64,000 nucleotides of DNA. Source: an uncultured Thermoplasmata archaeon. GTDB lineage: Archaea; Thermoplasmatota; Thermoplasmata; Lutacidiplasmatales; UBA184. A model generated the notes under the pieces. The model did not search any database, was not told where the DNA came from, and saw only the letters and a program-made list of their open reading frames with translations. How positions within the stretch are numbered: position 1 is the first letter of the stretch; each line of letters opens with the position of its first letter. The stretch covers positions 1,083,039 to 1,147,038 of the forward strand of contig CAVVLV010000001.1 of the NCBI GenBank assembly GCA_963749235.1, in the 5' to 3' direction. This document shows, one piece after another, positions 38,204 through 47,913 of the stretch. Both the position numbers and the translations under genes were made by a program.

Positions 38204-40536
38204 GCCCTCGCCCGCATCCCGTGGAGCTTCATTCGCTGCTCCAAGGAAGCGATCGTCCGCATGGTCGTGAGGACGGTGTCCGCGTTCAAGGAGATCGAGT
38301 CGATCCCTTCCTTCACCAAGAACTCGGCGAACTCAGGGTAGACGCTGGGCCCCTGACCGCAGATCCCGACCGTCCGACCGGATTCGTGCGCCCCCGTGAT
38401 GAGCATCTTGATCGCGTTCAACACCGCCGGATCCCGTTCGTCGAAGTAGCCCATCCGACCGAGCGTCTCAGAGTCTCGGTCGGCGCCGAGGACGAGCTGC
38501 GTCAAGTCGTTCGACCCGATGGAGAACCCGTCGCAATGGGCGGAGAACTCCCGGGCGAGGAGCACGGTCGAAGGGACCTCGGCCATGAGGTAGAGCTGGA
38601 AGTCGCGGGAGCGCTTGAGCCCCTGCGCCTTCATCATCTCGGCGATCTCCTCGAGCTCCCAGGTGTTGCGGACGAAGGGCAGCATCACCATCGCGTTCTT
38701 CAGGCCCATCTCGGTCCGGACGCGGTGGATCGCCTCGAGCTCACAGAGGAAGGCCGGCTTGTAGATCGGGGAAATGTACCGCGAGCATCCCCGCCAGCCG
38801 ATCATCGGGTTCTCCTCGACCGGTTCGAACTCCTCGCCGCCCGGCATCCCGCGGTACTCGTTCGTCTTGAAGTCCGAGGTGCGGATGATCACGGGGCGGG
38901 GATGGAACGCTCGACAAACCTTGCCGACGCCGTCCGCAAGCCGCCGGACGAGCTCCTCCTTCTTCCCCTTCTTGAGGAGGGAGAGCGGGTGCTCGCGGAT
39001 GTGGGCCGTGAAGATGAACTCGATGCGAAGCAGGCCGACCCCCGACACCGGTAGGCGAGCGTACTCCTCCGCCTTCTCGGGCACGCCGACGTTGACGTAG
39101 ATCTTGGTGGCGGTGATGGGGGCTCCCTCGCCGCCGTGACCTCCTCCGCCGGCCTCCGCGGCCGCGGCCGCCGGCGCGGCCTTCACCGCGCGCAGTCCGG
39201 CGTAGACCGAACCGGTCTTGCCGTCGACGGTGATCTCGGAACCCTCGGCGATCTTCTTGGTCGCGTCCCGGGTCCCGACGATGCAGGGGACGCCCAACTC
39301 ACGCGATACGATCGCCGCGTGGCACGTCATGCCGCCCTCGTCGGTCACGATCGCCGACGCTCGGCTCATCGCCGGCACCATGTCGGGCGTGGTCATCGTC
39401 GTGACCAGGACCTCGCCGGCCTTGATCCGGTCCATCTCCTCCGCGCTGCGCAGGATGCGGGCGATGCCCCCGGCGATCCCAGGGCTCGCCCCGAACCCGC
39501 GGACGAGCGGCGCCTGCTCGGACGAATCCCCCCCGCTCGCGTTGGAGGGGCGTTCCGCGCCCGGTGCGGTGGAGGTGGGGATCGTCGTCACGGGCCGCGC
39601 CTGGACGATGTAGAGGGATTCGGCGTCGGCGCACCACTCGATGTCCATCGGGCGCCGGTAGTGCGACTCGATGACGCGAGCGAGGGAGACGAGACGGGAG
39701 AGGCGGTGGTCGGAGAGCTTCTGGGCCTTCTGCGCGTCGGCCGGAACGTCCTCATGTCGGTTCCCTCCCCCTTCCGCTCGAACGATGCGCACTCGCTGCA
39801 CGGATATCTGTTTGTGGACGACCTTCAGGGTGGCCCCGTCCACGACGTAATGGTCGGGTGTGACCTCGCCGCCGACGATCGCTTCGCCGAGACCCCAGCC
39901 CGCCTCGACGATCATGTGGTTCTCCCCCGTGTTCGGGTCGCGGGTGAACAGGATCCCGCTAACCACGGAGTCGACCATCTTCTGGATCAGTACGGCGAGG
40001 TGGACTTGCAGATGGTCGAACCCCTTTTTCTCGCGGTACACGAGCACGCGCGTCGTGAAGAGGGAGCTCCAGCATCGCTTCGTGGCGGCGAGGATCTGGT
40101 CGATCCCGCTGACGTTGAGGTAGGTGTCTTGGAGGCCCGCGAACGACGCACCCTCCAAGTCCTCGGCGGTGGCGCTCGACCGGACCGCGGAGAACTTCAC
40201 ATTGTGTCGCGTCACGAAACGTTCGTAGGCGTCGGCGACCTGTGCCCGGAGCTCGGGGGGGAATTCGGCCCGGTCGAACGCCTCGCGGATCTGTCGTGAT
40301 GCTGCCTCGGTCGAATCGGCTCGCGCGACGTGCACCGTCGCCAGGATGGTCGGGATCTCCGTCGCGAGCGAGGTCCCGTTCAGGAAGGCCTTGTACGCCT
40401 CGGTGGTCAGGACGAAACCGGGCGGCACCGGCAGCCCCTGGCGGATCATCTCGCCCAGCTTTCCCGCTTTGCCGCCTACCAGGGCGAGGTCGCCGTCGGA
40501 AACATCCGCGAGATCCATCACGAGCGCCATGCCCAC
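38200..40536 (-). CDS. ppsA: phosphoenolpyruvate synthase
   Basis: ORF 38200..40536 (778 aa) has an ATP-grasp N-terminus (LVGGKAGKLGEM), the phosphohistidine loop GGMTCHAAIVSRELGVPCIVG, and a PEP-utilizer TIM barrel (FSIGSNDLTQ). Confidence 0.95.
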   Translation of the reverse strand: MGMALVMDLADVSDGDLALVGGKAGKLGEMIRQGLPVPPGFVLTTEAYKAFLNGTSLATEIPTILATVHVARADSTEAASRQIREAFDRAEFPPELRAQVADAYERFVTRHNVKFSAVRSSATAEDLEGASFAGLQDTYLNVSGIDQILAATKRCWSSLFTTRVLVYREKKGFDHLQVHLAVLIQKMVDSVVSGILFTRDPNTGENHMIVEAGWGLGEAIVGGEVTPDHYVVDGATLKVVHKQISVQRVRIVRAEGGGNRHEDVPADAQKAQKLSDHRLSRLVSLARVIESHYRRPMDIEWCADAESLYIVQARPVTTIPTSTAPGAERPSNASGGDSSEQAPLVRGFGASPGIAGGIARILRSAEEMDRIKAGEVLVTTMTTPDMVPAMSRASAIVTDEGGMTCHAAIVSRELGVPCIVGTRDATKKIAEGSEITVDGKTGSVYAGLRAVKAAPAAAAAEAGGGGHGGEGAPITATKIYVNVGVPEKAEEYARLPVSGVGLLRIEFIFTAHIREHPLSLLKKGKKEELVRRLADGVGKVCRAFHPRPVIIRTSDFKTNEYRGMPGGEEFEPVEENPMIGWRGCSRYISPIYKPAFLCELEAIHRVRTEMGLKNAMVMLPFVRNTWELEEIAEMMKAQGLKRSRDFQLYLMAEVPSTVLLAREFSAHCDGFSIGSNDLTQLVLGADRDSETLGRMGYFDERDPAVLNAIKMLITGAHESGRTVGICGQGPSVYPEFAEFLVKEGIDSISLNADTVLTTMRTIASLEQRMKLHGMRARA

Positions 40537-40539
40537 CTC

Positions 40540-41565
40540 CTACGCCGAGGAACGTTCAAAGGTGAAGGCGACAAGGTCGGCGGTCGGGGAGTACGGATGG
40601 GCCACATGCCGGTCCTTGAGCCGCCATTCCGGGGAGCCGCCGAGTCGTTCCTGCAGGTCCCGTTCGTGCCCTTCCGCGCCCTCACGGTCGGTCACTTCGT
40701 AGTAAAAGACTCGTCCGCCGGGCCGCACGACCGTTGCCACCGAGGGTAGATACTTAATCCCTTCGTGAGGGAGATTGAGGACGACCACGTCGACGGGCTT
40801 TGCCCCCTCGAGAAATCGTTCGACCGACGCCTCGATCGGCTCGACCGACGGTCCGAACGGGTACCGGGCGAGCGTCGTACGGAGCAGTGCGATCGCGGCG
40901 GGATTCAGGTCGACCGCGACCACGCTTGCAGCCCGGCCGGTTCGCGCGATGGTGACCGCGAACGGTCCGACCCCGCAACAGAGGTCGTACACCCGCTCGC
41001 CCGGACGGACCTCCCCGGCAACGCGGGCGTGCTCGCGGGCGAGCCGCGGGGAAAAGTAGGCGCGCTCGAGGTCGACCTCGAACTCGAGCCCGTTCTCCCG
41101 GTGCCGGGTCCTCCAGTCACCCTCTCCGGCCAATCGCTCGACCCTCCGCCGACGCTCGGCTCCGTGGACGCCGTGGTCTGCGCCGACGATCCGGGCCCCG
41201 GGTACAAATCGGAGTAGGGCGGCCCCGATCTCCTGCGAACGGTGGGAGAGGGTGGGGGGGATCCGAAGGAGCACGACGTCGCCGATGATGTCGAACGAGC
41301 GCGGCAGTTCCTCCCGTTCTTCCGACGGCCAGTCGACGAGGAGATCCCGGTAGTCCTGCGGACCGGGCGCCGCGGCGATCTCGAAATCCCACATGATGAG
41401 TTCTCCGAGGTCACCCGGGAGCTCAATAGCGGGCTCCACCGGCAGCAGGATCCACTCGCCCTCGACCGCGATCTTGAGGTCGTTCCGCAGCGCGTGCTCC
41501 TCGCGAAGCCGGCTCCGAACTCGCTCCCCTTCCGAGCGGGGCACTCGGAGCCCCCGGCTCCTCAT
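40540..41565 (-). CDS. trm5: tRNA (guanine37-N1)-methyltransferase Trm5 (Trm5b/Taw22-like)
   Basis: ORF 40540..41565 reads ...SFDIIGDVVLL...YFSPRLAREHARV... The SAM motif is VYDLCCGVGPFAV, followed by NLPH. Confidence 0.8.
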   Translation of the reverse strand: MRSRGLRVPRSEGERVRSRLREEHALRNDLKIAVEGEWILLPVEPAIELPGDLGELIMWDFEIAAAPGPQDYRDLLVDWPSEEREELPRSFDIIGDVVLLRIPPTLSHRSQEIGAALLRFVPGARIVGADHGVHGAERRRRVERLAGEGDWRTRHRENGLEFEVDLERAYFSPRLAREHARVAGEVRPGERVYDLCCGVGPFAVTIARTGRAASVVAVDLNPAAIALLRTTLARYPFGPSVEPIEASVERFLEGAKPVDVVVLNLPHEGIKYLPSVATVVRPGGRVFYYEVTDREGAEGHERDLQERLGGSPEWRLKDRHVAHPYSPTADLVAFTFERSSA

Positions 41566-42871
41566 ACCGAAGGCGGGACCGCGGGCCGTAGAAGTCGAGG
41601 GAGCACGTCGGCGCCGCGAAGCGTTCCCAACGACCCTCGGGCGGCGGCAGGCTCGCCGAAGGTGAGGTCCTCGGTCCCGCCGGGGACCCCGGCTCCCACC
41701 AGAAGGAAGGGGACCGGGTCGTCCGTGTGTCCCTTCTGGATCGCCGGAGTGGCGTGGTCGGCCGTCACGGCGATGCGGACCCGGCTGAGGTCGAGCCCGT
41801 CGAGGAAAGGACCGAAGAACGATCGGTCGATCGACTCCACGATCTCCTGCTTCAGGAGAGCGTTCCCGTCATGTCCCGGTTCATCGGGGCCTTTGAGGTG
41901 GACGTAGACGAACGGGAAGCGGCCCAACAACTCCCGGGCGATGCGGGCCCGATCTTGGTACCCGGCTTCCCGGTCCGGTCCCATCGGACCCACGAATCGG
42001 TCCTCGAGGCCGAGGACACGGGCGATCCCCCGCTCGACCGGCATCTCGGTCAGCGAAGCGCCCCGGATCCCGTACCGCTGTTCGAAGGACGGGAGAGGAG
42101 TCTCCGCCAAGGACCCGGCATTCCGGACGAGGAGGGCGTTCGCGATCATCTTGCCGGAAAGGGCCCGACGGGCGTTCACCCGATGGCCCGCGAGGACTCC
42201 CCCGGCGCGTTCCAGGAAGAGATTGATCGCTTGGGCCGTCCGGGCTGCCGCCGGTGACGGGTCGAGCGGGGTCACCTCGAGGAGGCGTGGGTGGTCCGGT
42301 CGTCGCGCCTGGCCCATGCCGCCGACCCGTTCGTAGAAGGGATCGGCGTTCGACACCTGGGGAGAGAGGCCGCCCCCTGAGGTTGGATGGAGCCACAGCA
42401 CTCCGCGGTGGCCCACGGTGGCCCTCACCTCGGCGCGGATCCCATCCGCGGCCAGGAGGTCGGCCCGCGTCACACCGAGCGCGAGCTCCTCTGCCTCGTG
42501 GGTAGAGAGCGAACGGCCCACGCGGGAGTCCAGAATCGAGCCGTCCCCATCCGCCGTCGCGAAGTTCAATCGCAACGCCACATCCCCCGGCCCGAGCGGG
42601 AGGTCGACCCCCAAGGCCTCCAAGACTCCGCGGCCGGGCGAGTCGTGGACGGGGTCGTACCCGAGCAACGCGAACACTCCGGCGTCGGACTCCGGGGCGA
42701 CGCCCGTCCCACGACGACCACCTGCCCAAGCTGGCCGAGCCGTGAGAGCCGGTCCAGGTGGGGGGTTGCTGCGGCTTCGACTGGTGAGCGACCTCCGGTG
42801 GCCGGGTGCGGCCGATCGCCCAGTCCATCGAGGACGATCAGGGCCACCGGAACGGCCGAGCGTGACGCCAT
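41562..42871 (-). CDS. apgM: 2,3-bisphosphoglycerate-independent phosphoglycerate mutase, archaeal type, split by a frameshift
   Basis: The N-terminus MASRSAVPVALIVLDGLGDRP... lies in the frame of ORF 42566..43018 (ATG at 42871). The body is ORF 41562..42677 (GVAPESDAGVFALLGYDP in its upstream frame, HLKGPDEPGHDG, TADHATP). A base is missing in the G run at about 42708-42711. The stop overlaps the trm5 start (ATGA). Confidence 0.85.
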
Positions 42872-42889
42872 CGAGAAAGAACCGGCCAT

Positions 42890-42903
42890 CCCCTTATAAG
42901 GGG
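42890..42903. promoter_or_regulatory. perfect 14-bp palindrome CCCCTTATAAGGGG, a putative shared bidirectional TATA element
   Basis: Read directly from the sequence. It lies between the divergent starts of apgM (ATG 42871) and the membrane protein (GTG 42927), each about 19-27 nt from the TTATAA core. Confidence 0.5.
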
Positions 42904-44021
42904 TGTCAGGTCTGCCTCTCCGTTCCGTGGAGCAATTGGCGGGTTTACGGGGGTTCGTCCAAAAACCCCTCGGGCGGGTCCTCCTCATCGCGTTCGCCGT
43001 CGTGGTGACGGCGTTCACCTACGCCTACCTCTACGCGCTGCTCGCGATCCCGGTTCTAATGATCGTGGGCCTCGCCGTGCCGATCTGGCTCGGGATCAAG
43101 CGGATCCGGTTCCTGGCCATCATGGGCTTGGTCGTCCTCTTGCTCTCCGCCCCGATCGCGAACGTTGTCCTCACCCAGGAAGTCATGACCCCGATCGGCG
43201 CGGCCTCCTCCCCCACCGACTTGGTGGGTGGGGGCGGTGGCGCGGTCCTTCAGAATGCTCAAGTGACGCCGTACGTCGGCACTCTCTCCACGAACTTCAC
43301 CTGGACCGTCACGATCGTTCCCCAGTACATCCCGAAGGGCAACTCCTCCCCCTTCCTGCTCTCGCTCTACATTTCGACATGTCCCGGCGCCACGGGGGCG
43401 AATGACCCGAATTGCGCAGTAGGCTACCCATTCTACGTCCTCAACAAGACCTTCACCGGGAACCTGACCGCCAACACGACGGAGACGTTCCACTTCATCT
43501 TCCCGTCCGACAGTATCTGGGCGTGGCAGATGGGCCTCTTCCTCAACAACAGCACGAGTCCGAGCACCCACAATGCCACCTTCATACTTCTCGCGGGCGA
43601 CCCGATGTACAATGGGCTGGAAGGACCGGTGGTCGGTACGTTCGCCACGACGTACGTCCAGCTCCTGCTCACCGTCTACATCAACATCCTGGTCTACCTC
43701 GGGATTCCGTTCTATGTCGTCCTGCTGGTTTACATGTACATCAAGCGCCGACAGACCCAGCGCGGAAGCGCGATCGCCCGATCTCCCGGGCCGATCGCTC
43801 CTGAATCGGGAGGCACGGACGCGCCGGTATCCCCCGCCCCGCGGTCGGGGGTCGCCGATGGGGCGGACGTTTCGGGCCCCCGTCGGCCGGAGGTCCCCTG
43901 CCCCAATTGCGGGGCGGTCGTCTACCCGAACGAAACAACCTGCTGGAAGTGCGGGAAGCCGCTGGGCTCCAATCTCAAGCCCAGCTCGGAAGCCCCGCTT
44001 CCCTCGAGCGCTCCGAAGTAG
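42903..44021 (+). CDS. polytopic membrane glycoprotein with a C-terminal cytoplasmic zinc ribbon
   Basis: ORF 42903..44021 (the likely start is the in-frame GTG at 42927). It has three N-terminal TM helices, an ectodomain with sequons (NFT, NSS, NKT, NLT, NTT, NNST, NAT), further TM helices (YINILVYLGIPFYVVLLVYMYI), then CPNCG...CWKCG. Confidence 0.65.
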   Translation: MSGLPLRSVEQLAGLRGFVQKPLGRVLLIAFAVVVTAFTYAYLYALLAIPVLMIVGLAVPIWLGIKRIRFLAIMGLVVLLLSAPIANVVLTQEVMTPIGAASSPTDLVGGGGGAVLQNAQVTPYVGTLSTNFTWTVTIVPQYIPKGNSSPFLLSLYISTCPGATGANDPNCAVGYPFYVLNKTFTGNLTANTTETFHFIFPSDSIWAWQMGLFLNNSTSPSTHNATFILLAGDPMYNGLEGPVVGTFATTYVQLLLTVYINILVYLGIPFYVVLLVYMYIKRRQTQRGSAIARSPGPIAPESGGTDAPVSPAPRSGVADGADVSGPRRPEVPCPNCGAVVYPNETTCWKCGKPLGSNLKPSSEAPLPSSAPK

Positions 44022-44150
44022 ACTTGGGACCCGGCGCGCGTCCTCGTCCCCAGGTCCTCTCTCCCGAGGAATGGCTGTCGGCCTTTGGTGACGGGAGCGC
44101 CCGTTCGGAACGGGCGGGTGACGCTCCCCGATGCCAGGTCGCCCGGTCGC

Positions 44151-45734
44151 TTAGGTGCTCGCCGGAAGCGTGGTCAGGCCCACGCATTCGACCAGTCCCA
44201 CGCCCGTAACGTAGGCCACCACGGTGACCTTGACGGTCAGCCCCGCGATCGGGGGCTTCCACCGGGTGGTGGGGGTGAGCGTGGACGGCGTTCCCGGCGT
44301 GATGGTGGCCGGAGCGATTGTGAGCGTCCCCGCGAACGTGGACCAGGATTTCGCGACGTTGTTGTTCGACGTGAAGTTGATGTAAATCGAAGCGCTCACC
44401 GGGAATGGGCCATTGCCGAAGAACCCCGTCCCATTCAGGTAGAGCGTGGAGGTGATCAGCGGGCAGGTCGTAGCCAGGGTGCACCCGTGGGACGGGGCCA
44501 CCGAGTACCAGCCGGGACCGAGTCCGAGGGGTGGGTTGTACACGTACAGGCCGGTGGCCTTTCCGACTCCCGCCACGGTGACGACGGCCTTGACCGTAAA
44601 CGTCTGCGGGCCGGCCAGGGAAGGAACAGGCCAGCGCGTAGTGCTGAACACGCTCAGTGTCGAGGGGCCCGAGATGGTGGTTCCCGCCGGGCCGTTGCCG
44701 GCGTAGGCGGTGTAGGCGCCCAGCGCACCCGCGGTACGATTGGCGTAGAAGCTGACATTGAGGGCCTCTCCGGAGGCGGACCCCGAGTAGGTCACGTACG
44801 CCACAAACGTGGTCCAAGAACCCTGGACCGGGACGGCGCTTACACCGACCGCGACAGAGAGTGTGCTGGACGTGCTCCCTCCCGAGACGAGAGTGACCGC
44901 GACGCCCGCCGTAGCACTCTGACCGACCGGATTCGAGATGTTCACGAAGGCGTAGAACGTCCCGTTCGTTGTGGTGAGGCTAGCGGGGACGACAAACGTC
45001 CATCGGTTGTTTGCAGCGGAGTACGTCATCGCCTGGGCCACCGGATAGGTCACACTTAGTCCGGGGATGTTCACGAGGTTCACATACACGATGCCTCCCC
45101 CGGTATTGCCCGAGACGTAGGCCGTGATCGTGAACGCGCCGCCGACCGTGGGGTTGGCGGGTGAGATCCCGGTCGCGACGAAGAACGGAGGGACCGAGAT
45201 GAGGGTGCCCGGGAGGATCGTGCTGAAAATGACCTGGTCATTGCTCACGACCAGGACCGTGATATTGTCGGGCAGCGCGGGTTGCTGGCAACCCCCGTGC
45301 GGGCACGGGAAAGTGTAGCTGAAGGTCTGACCGAGGTTCCATGTGATCGGGTTGGGAAGCGAGGCGGAGGCCAGGAGAGGATTTTGGAATTCGGGGGCCG
45401 TCGGGTGGAATGCGGACTTGAGATAGATCAGGGCGTTGCCGGACACAGACGGTCCAGCGAGGTGGGTGATCTGAAGACCCTGGACGTAGGTTTGGTTCGG
45501 CGTCAGGACCAGGTTGGCGGAAAACTGGGTGGTGTTCTGGACGGCCGGGGCGGGGAAGGTGGTGACCCAAGCGAAGATCGAGGAGAACAGGACCACGGTC
45601 ATGGCGAGCAGGATGATGGTCGCCACGACCTCGGAGACTCCCCGTCGACCGAATCGTCGGCGGTGGGCGCGTCGGGAGGCACGACGACCGGCGGAACGCA
45701 GCGATGACGCCCTCGAAGAACGGAACCCCGACAC
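44151..45734 (-). CDS. archaeal type IV pilin-like protein (class III signal peptide, DUF1628-type N-terminus), 527 aa
   Basis: ORF 44151..45734 has a basic leader ending RRG followed by VSEVVATIILLAMTVVLFSSIF, and a large Thr/Ser/Gly-rich beta-type body with N-x-S/T sequons. Confidence 0.75.
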   Translation of the reverse strand: MSGFRSSRASSLRSAGRRASRRAHRRRFGRRGVSEVVATIILLAMTVVLFSSIFAWVTTFPAPAVQNTTQFSANLVLTPNQTYVQGLQITHLAGPSVSGNALIYLKSAFHPTAPEFQNPLLASASLPNPITWNLGQTFSYTFPCPHGGCQQPALPDNITVLVVSNDQVIFSTILPGTLISVPPFFVATGISPANPTVGGAFTITAYVSGNTGGGIVYVNLVNIPGLSVTYPVAQAMTYSAANNRWTFVVPASLTTTNGTFYAFVNISNPVGQSATAGVAVTLVSGGSTSSTLSVAVGVSAVPVQGSWTTFVAYVTYSGSASGEALNVSFYANRTAGALGAYTAYAGNGPAGTTISGPSTLSVFSTTRWPVPSLAGPQTFTVKAVVTVAGVGKATGLYVYNPPLGLGPGWYSVAPSHGCTLATTCPLITSTLYLNGTGFFGNGPFPVSASIYINFTSNNNVAKSWSTFAGTLTIAPATITPGTPSTLTPTTRWKPPIAGLTVKVTVVAYVTGVGLVECVGLTTLPAST

Positions 45735-46011
45735 CGACTAGCCCCCTAGTGTTGTGTAAAAGGCTGGGGAGCCGTATTTAGACGTTCCGAGAGATGCAGT
45801 TCTTTTCCGAGGGAACGCGCCGTACTACGGAACGGCGTGTTGGATTCCGGGCTCGATGCCGGGGAGGTGACTGGTCTCAGCTCTCTGTGGCCCCCCTCTC
45901 CGAAACTTTGGGGATGGGCGGCAAGGTCGGAGTCGGGGCCGACGGGGTCGGGCTCCGGCCGAAATCGTGGATGCGGGGCGGGAGAAACACGCCCCGGCGC
46001 ATGTCAGAACA

Positions 46012-46019
46012 TTGATTAG
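46012..46019 (+). promoter_or_regulatory. TATA-like box (TTGATTAG), 25 nt upstream of ATG 46044
   Basis: An AT-rich element in the divergent pilin intergenic region, with spacing that fits a leaderless start. Confidence 0.4.
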
Positions 46020-46043
46020 CCCCTCCCGCGCATCAACACGGTA

Positions 46044-46988
46044 ATGGATTCACATCGGCTGTGGCGACGAAGGCGACGCCGCGGCGTTTCCGAGATCATC
46101 GCCACCGTCTTGCTGGTCGCCATCACGATCATTGCCGGGACGATCCTCTGGACGTTCCGGGTCTACACGCCACCTCAGCCTCCGACGGTCGCCTTCGATA
46201 TCCCTGGCGGCGGGAGCAACCCGGTCTGGGGCGACCCGACCGACTGCCAACCCCTCGGGAGCTGGACCTATCCGCTGTCCCCGAGCCTCGACAACCAGTG
46301 GGGTCAGGCCTGGTGGAACCAGTGCGAGTACTTCAGTGAAGACGAATACCCCACCGCCGGTAACTTCTCCTCGTTGAACACGACCGAGATCGTCTTCACC
46401 CAGGTCAGTTCGCCCGGTCTCCTGCTTTCCGACCTCAACTTCACCTTCACGTGCAACGGAAAGGACGCACCGGCACCCTACACGACCCAGAACACCACGG
46501 TCCTCCTGCAAGGCACGTTGGCCCAGATGACCTGGTTCCCGGGACTTTCCGGCTCGGCCCCCGCGGGACCGTACCTCGGGTATTGCGGCGGGTTTGACAT
46601 GGGAGATGAGGCGGGGGTAGCGTTCGGATCGCTGTTCACCCGGCTCGGGGTGTTTGAACCGTTGACGAACGCGACGCAGTATCTGGTGAACGGGGATTTG
46701 TTCATCGTCTACATCCACAACGGTGGATACCCGCTCGACTATGCCTGCATCGAAGCGTCGGGTCCGTACGCCCAACCCTGGGCGGGCGACGGGCTCATTT
46801 GTCCCTCGACCTCGGGTCATCCCAACGGGATCACGGGCGCCCCCCTCCTCGACATCGACGATTACCACGGGGCCCCGCCGTGGTGCTTCTCCAACCCGGC
46901 AGCCTGCACGATCGACATCTCTTACACCGGACAACCCTCGAACCTCCTGCTCTCGATCCCGGTTTACGACCTGACTCCTCCGACGTAG
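46044..46988 (+). CDS. archaeal type IV pilin-like protein (class III signal peptide), 314 aa
   Basis: ORF 46044..46988 begins MDSHRLWRRRRRRG followed by VSEIIATVLLVAITIIAGTILW. The body is Cys-containing and carries sequons (NFS, NTT, NFT, NTT, NAT). Confidence 0.75.
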   Translation: MDSHRLWRRRRRRGVSEIIATVLLVAITIIAGTILWTFRVYTPPQPPTVAFDIPGGGSNPVWGDPTDCQPLGSWTYPLSPSLDNQWGQAWWNQCEYFSEDEYPTAGNFSSLNTTEIVFTQVSSPGLLLSDLNFTFTCNGKDAPAPYTTQNTTVLLQGTLAQMTWFPGLSGSAPAGPYLGYCGGFDMGDEAGVAFGSLFTRLGVFEPLTNATQYLVNGDLFIVYIHNGGYPLDYACIEASGPYAQPWAGDGLICPSTSGHPNGITGAPLLDIDDYHGAPPWCFSNPAACTIDISYTGQPSNLLLSIPVYDLTPPT

Positions 46989-47088
46989 GATCGGTAGGGT
47001 CGGGGATGATGCCAATAGCCACCCGGTCTTCAGTGGACTCGGGCCTCTCTGCCCCGGATCCATCTCGGGAAGGGAGTCCAGGCTGACC

Positions 47089-47571
47089 ATGCGGGCTCCC
47101 CGGGCACGTCAAGTCGTGTGGGTCGCGCTTTACACCATCGCCATCGGCGTACTCGTGCTCTTGCTGGTCCTGATCGGGATCGGGTACCTGCGACTTCCCG
47201 CGTCGGCGCCTTCCACGTTCACCGTCCGAGAGATTCGGTGGACGATCGAACAGGGAACGATCTCCACGGGCGAGGGCTGGTTCGGCCTGGGAGAGTTCAA
47301 CTACACCCCCGCCGCCGGGTTCTTCCCCCCGACCTACGATTCGGGCTCTGCGTTCACGGTTGCGTGGGCGATCGTCAACTACGACCACGTCAACCATACG
47401 ATCTACAGTGTCACCGTGAACTCCCCCTTCACGGTCCTGGGGTCCAAGTATCCCCTGCCGATGCCCGTCATCGTGGGAGACGACAGTCGCCCTCTTGGTC
47501 TCACGATCGGCACGCCGAGCTCGCTCACCGGCTCGGTGATCCTCGAGATCACGGTCAACGCGCTCTCGTAG
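47089..47571 (+). CDS. membrane-anchored hypothetical protein (160 aa), downstream of the pilin gene
   Basis: ORF 47089..47571 has an N-terminal TM (VVWVALYTIAIGVLVLLLVLIGIGYL) and then a beta-rich domain. The cleavage-site pattern is not clearly pilin-like. Confidence 0.5.
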   Translation: MRAPRARQVVWVALYTIAIGVLVLLLVLIGIGYLRLPASAPSTFTVREIRWTIEQGTISTGEGWFGLGEFNYTPAAGFFPPTYDSGSAFTVAWAIVNYDHVNHTIYSVTVNSPFTVLGSKYPLPMPVIVGDDSRPLGLTIGTPSSLTGSVILEITVNALS

Positions 47572-47850
47572 GTCCTGCCCACGCCGAACCGCGCGACCGC
47601 TTCGTGGAGGGGCACGAGAGAAGACGGGTTGGGTAGCGTGTCAGGACCAGACTGGCAGCCGGCCAGTAAACCGCCTGTCCAGACATCGGTGGCCGCGGGG
47701 CACTCCGGAGCTCACGTCCGGCTTGGAGAGGGGGTCCAGCGCCGGCGAGCCCCCAGGCTATCTCGACGTTACGCCCGTGCGCGTTCAGAGAAGGAGGGCG
47801 ACGCCCGGCCGGGCGTCCGCAGGATTTGACGGGTCCAAAATAGGGGGGCC

Positions 47851-47872
47851 GATGGCGGGATTCCCCGCCATC
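47851..47872. other. 9-bp inverted repeat (GATGGCGGG-attc-CCCGCCATC) between convergent genes
   Basis: Read directly from the sequence. It lies in the 342-bp gap between the ends of the 47089..47571 and 47914..48549 genes. Its function is unknown (possibly a terminator or stabiliser hairpin). Confidence 0.3.
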
Positions 47873-47913
47873 GTCCGAGGAAAGGGTTGCTCAGGTTGCG
47901 GTCGCCGGATCCC

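Noticed and set aside
45794-46015. 73-aa and 60-aa ORFs inside the divergent pilin intergenic region.
   Set aside because: They show low-complexity, non-coding-like composition. The region is better explained as two back-to-back promoters, with TATA-like elements near 45776-45785 (minus strand) and 46012-46019 (plus strand).
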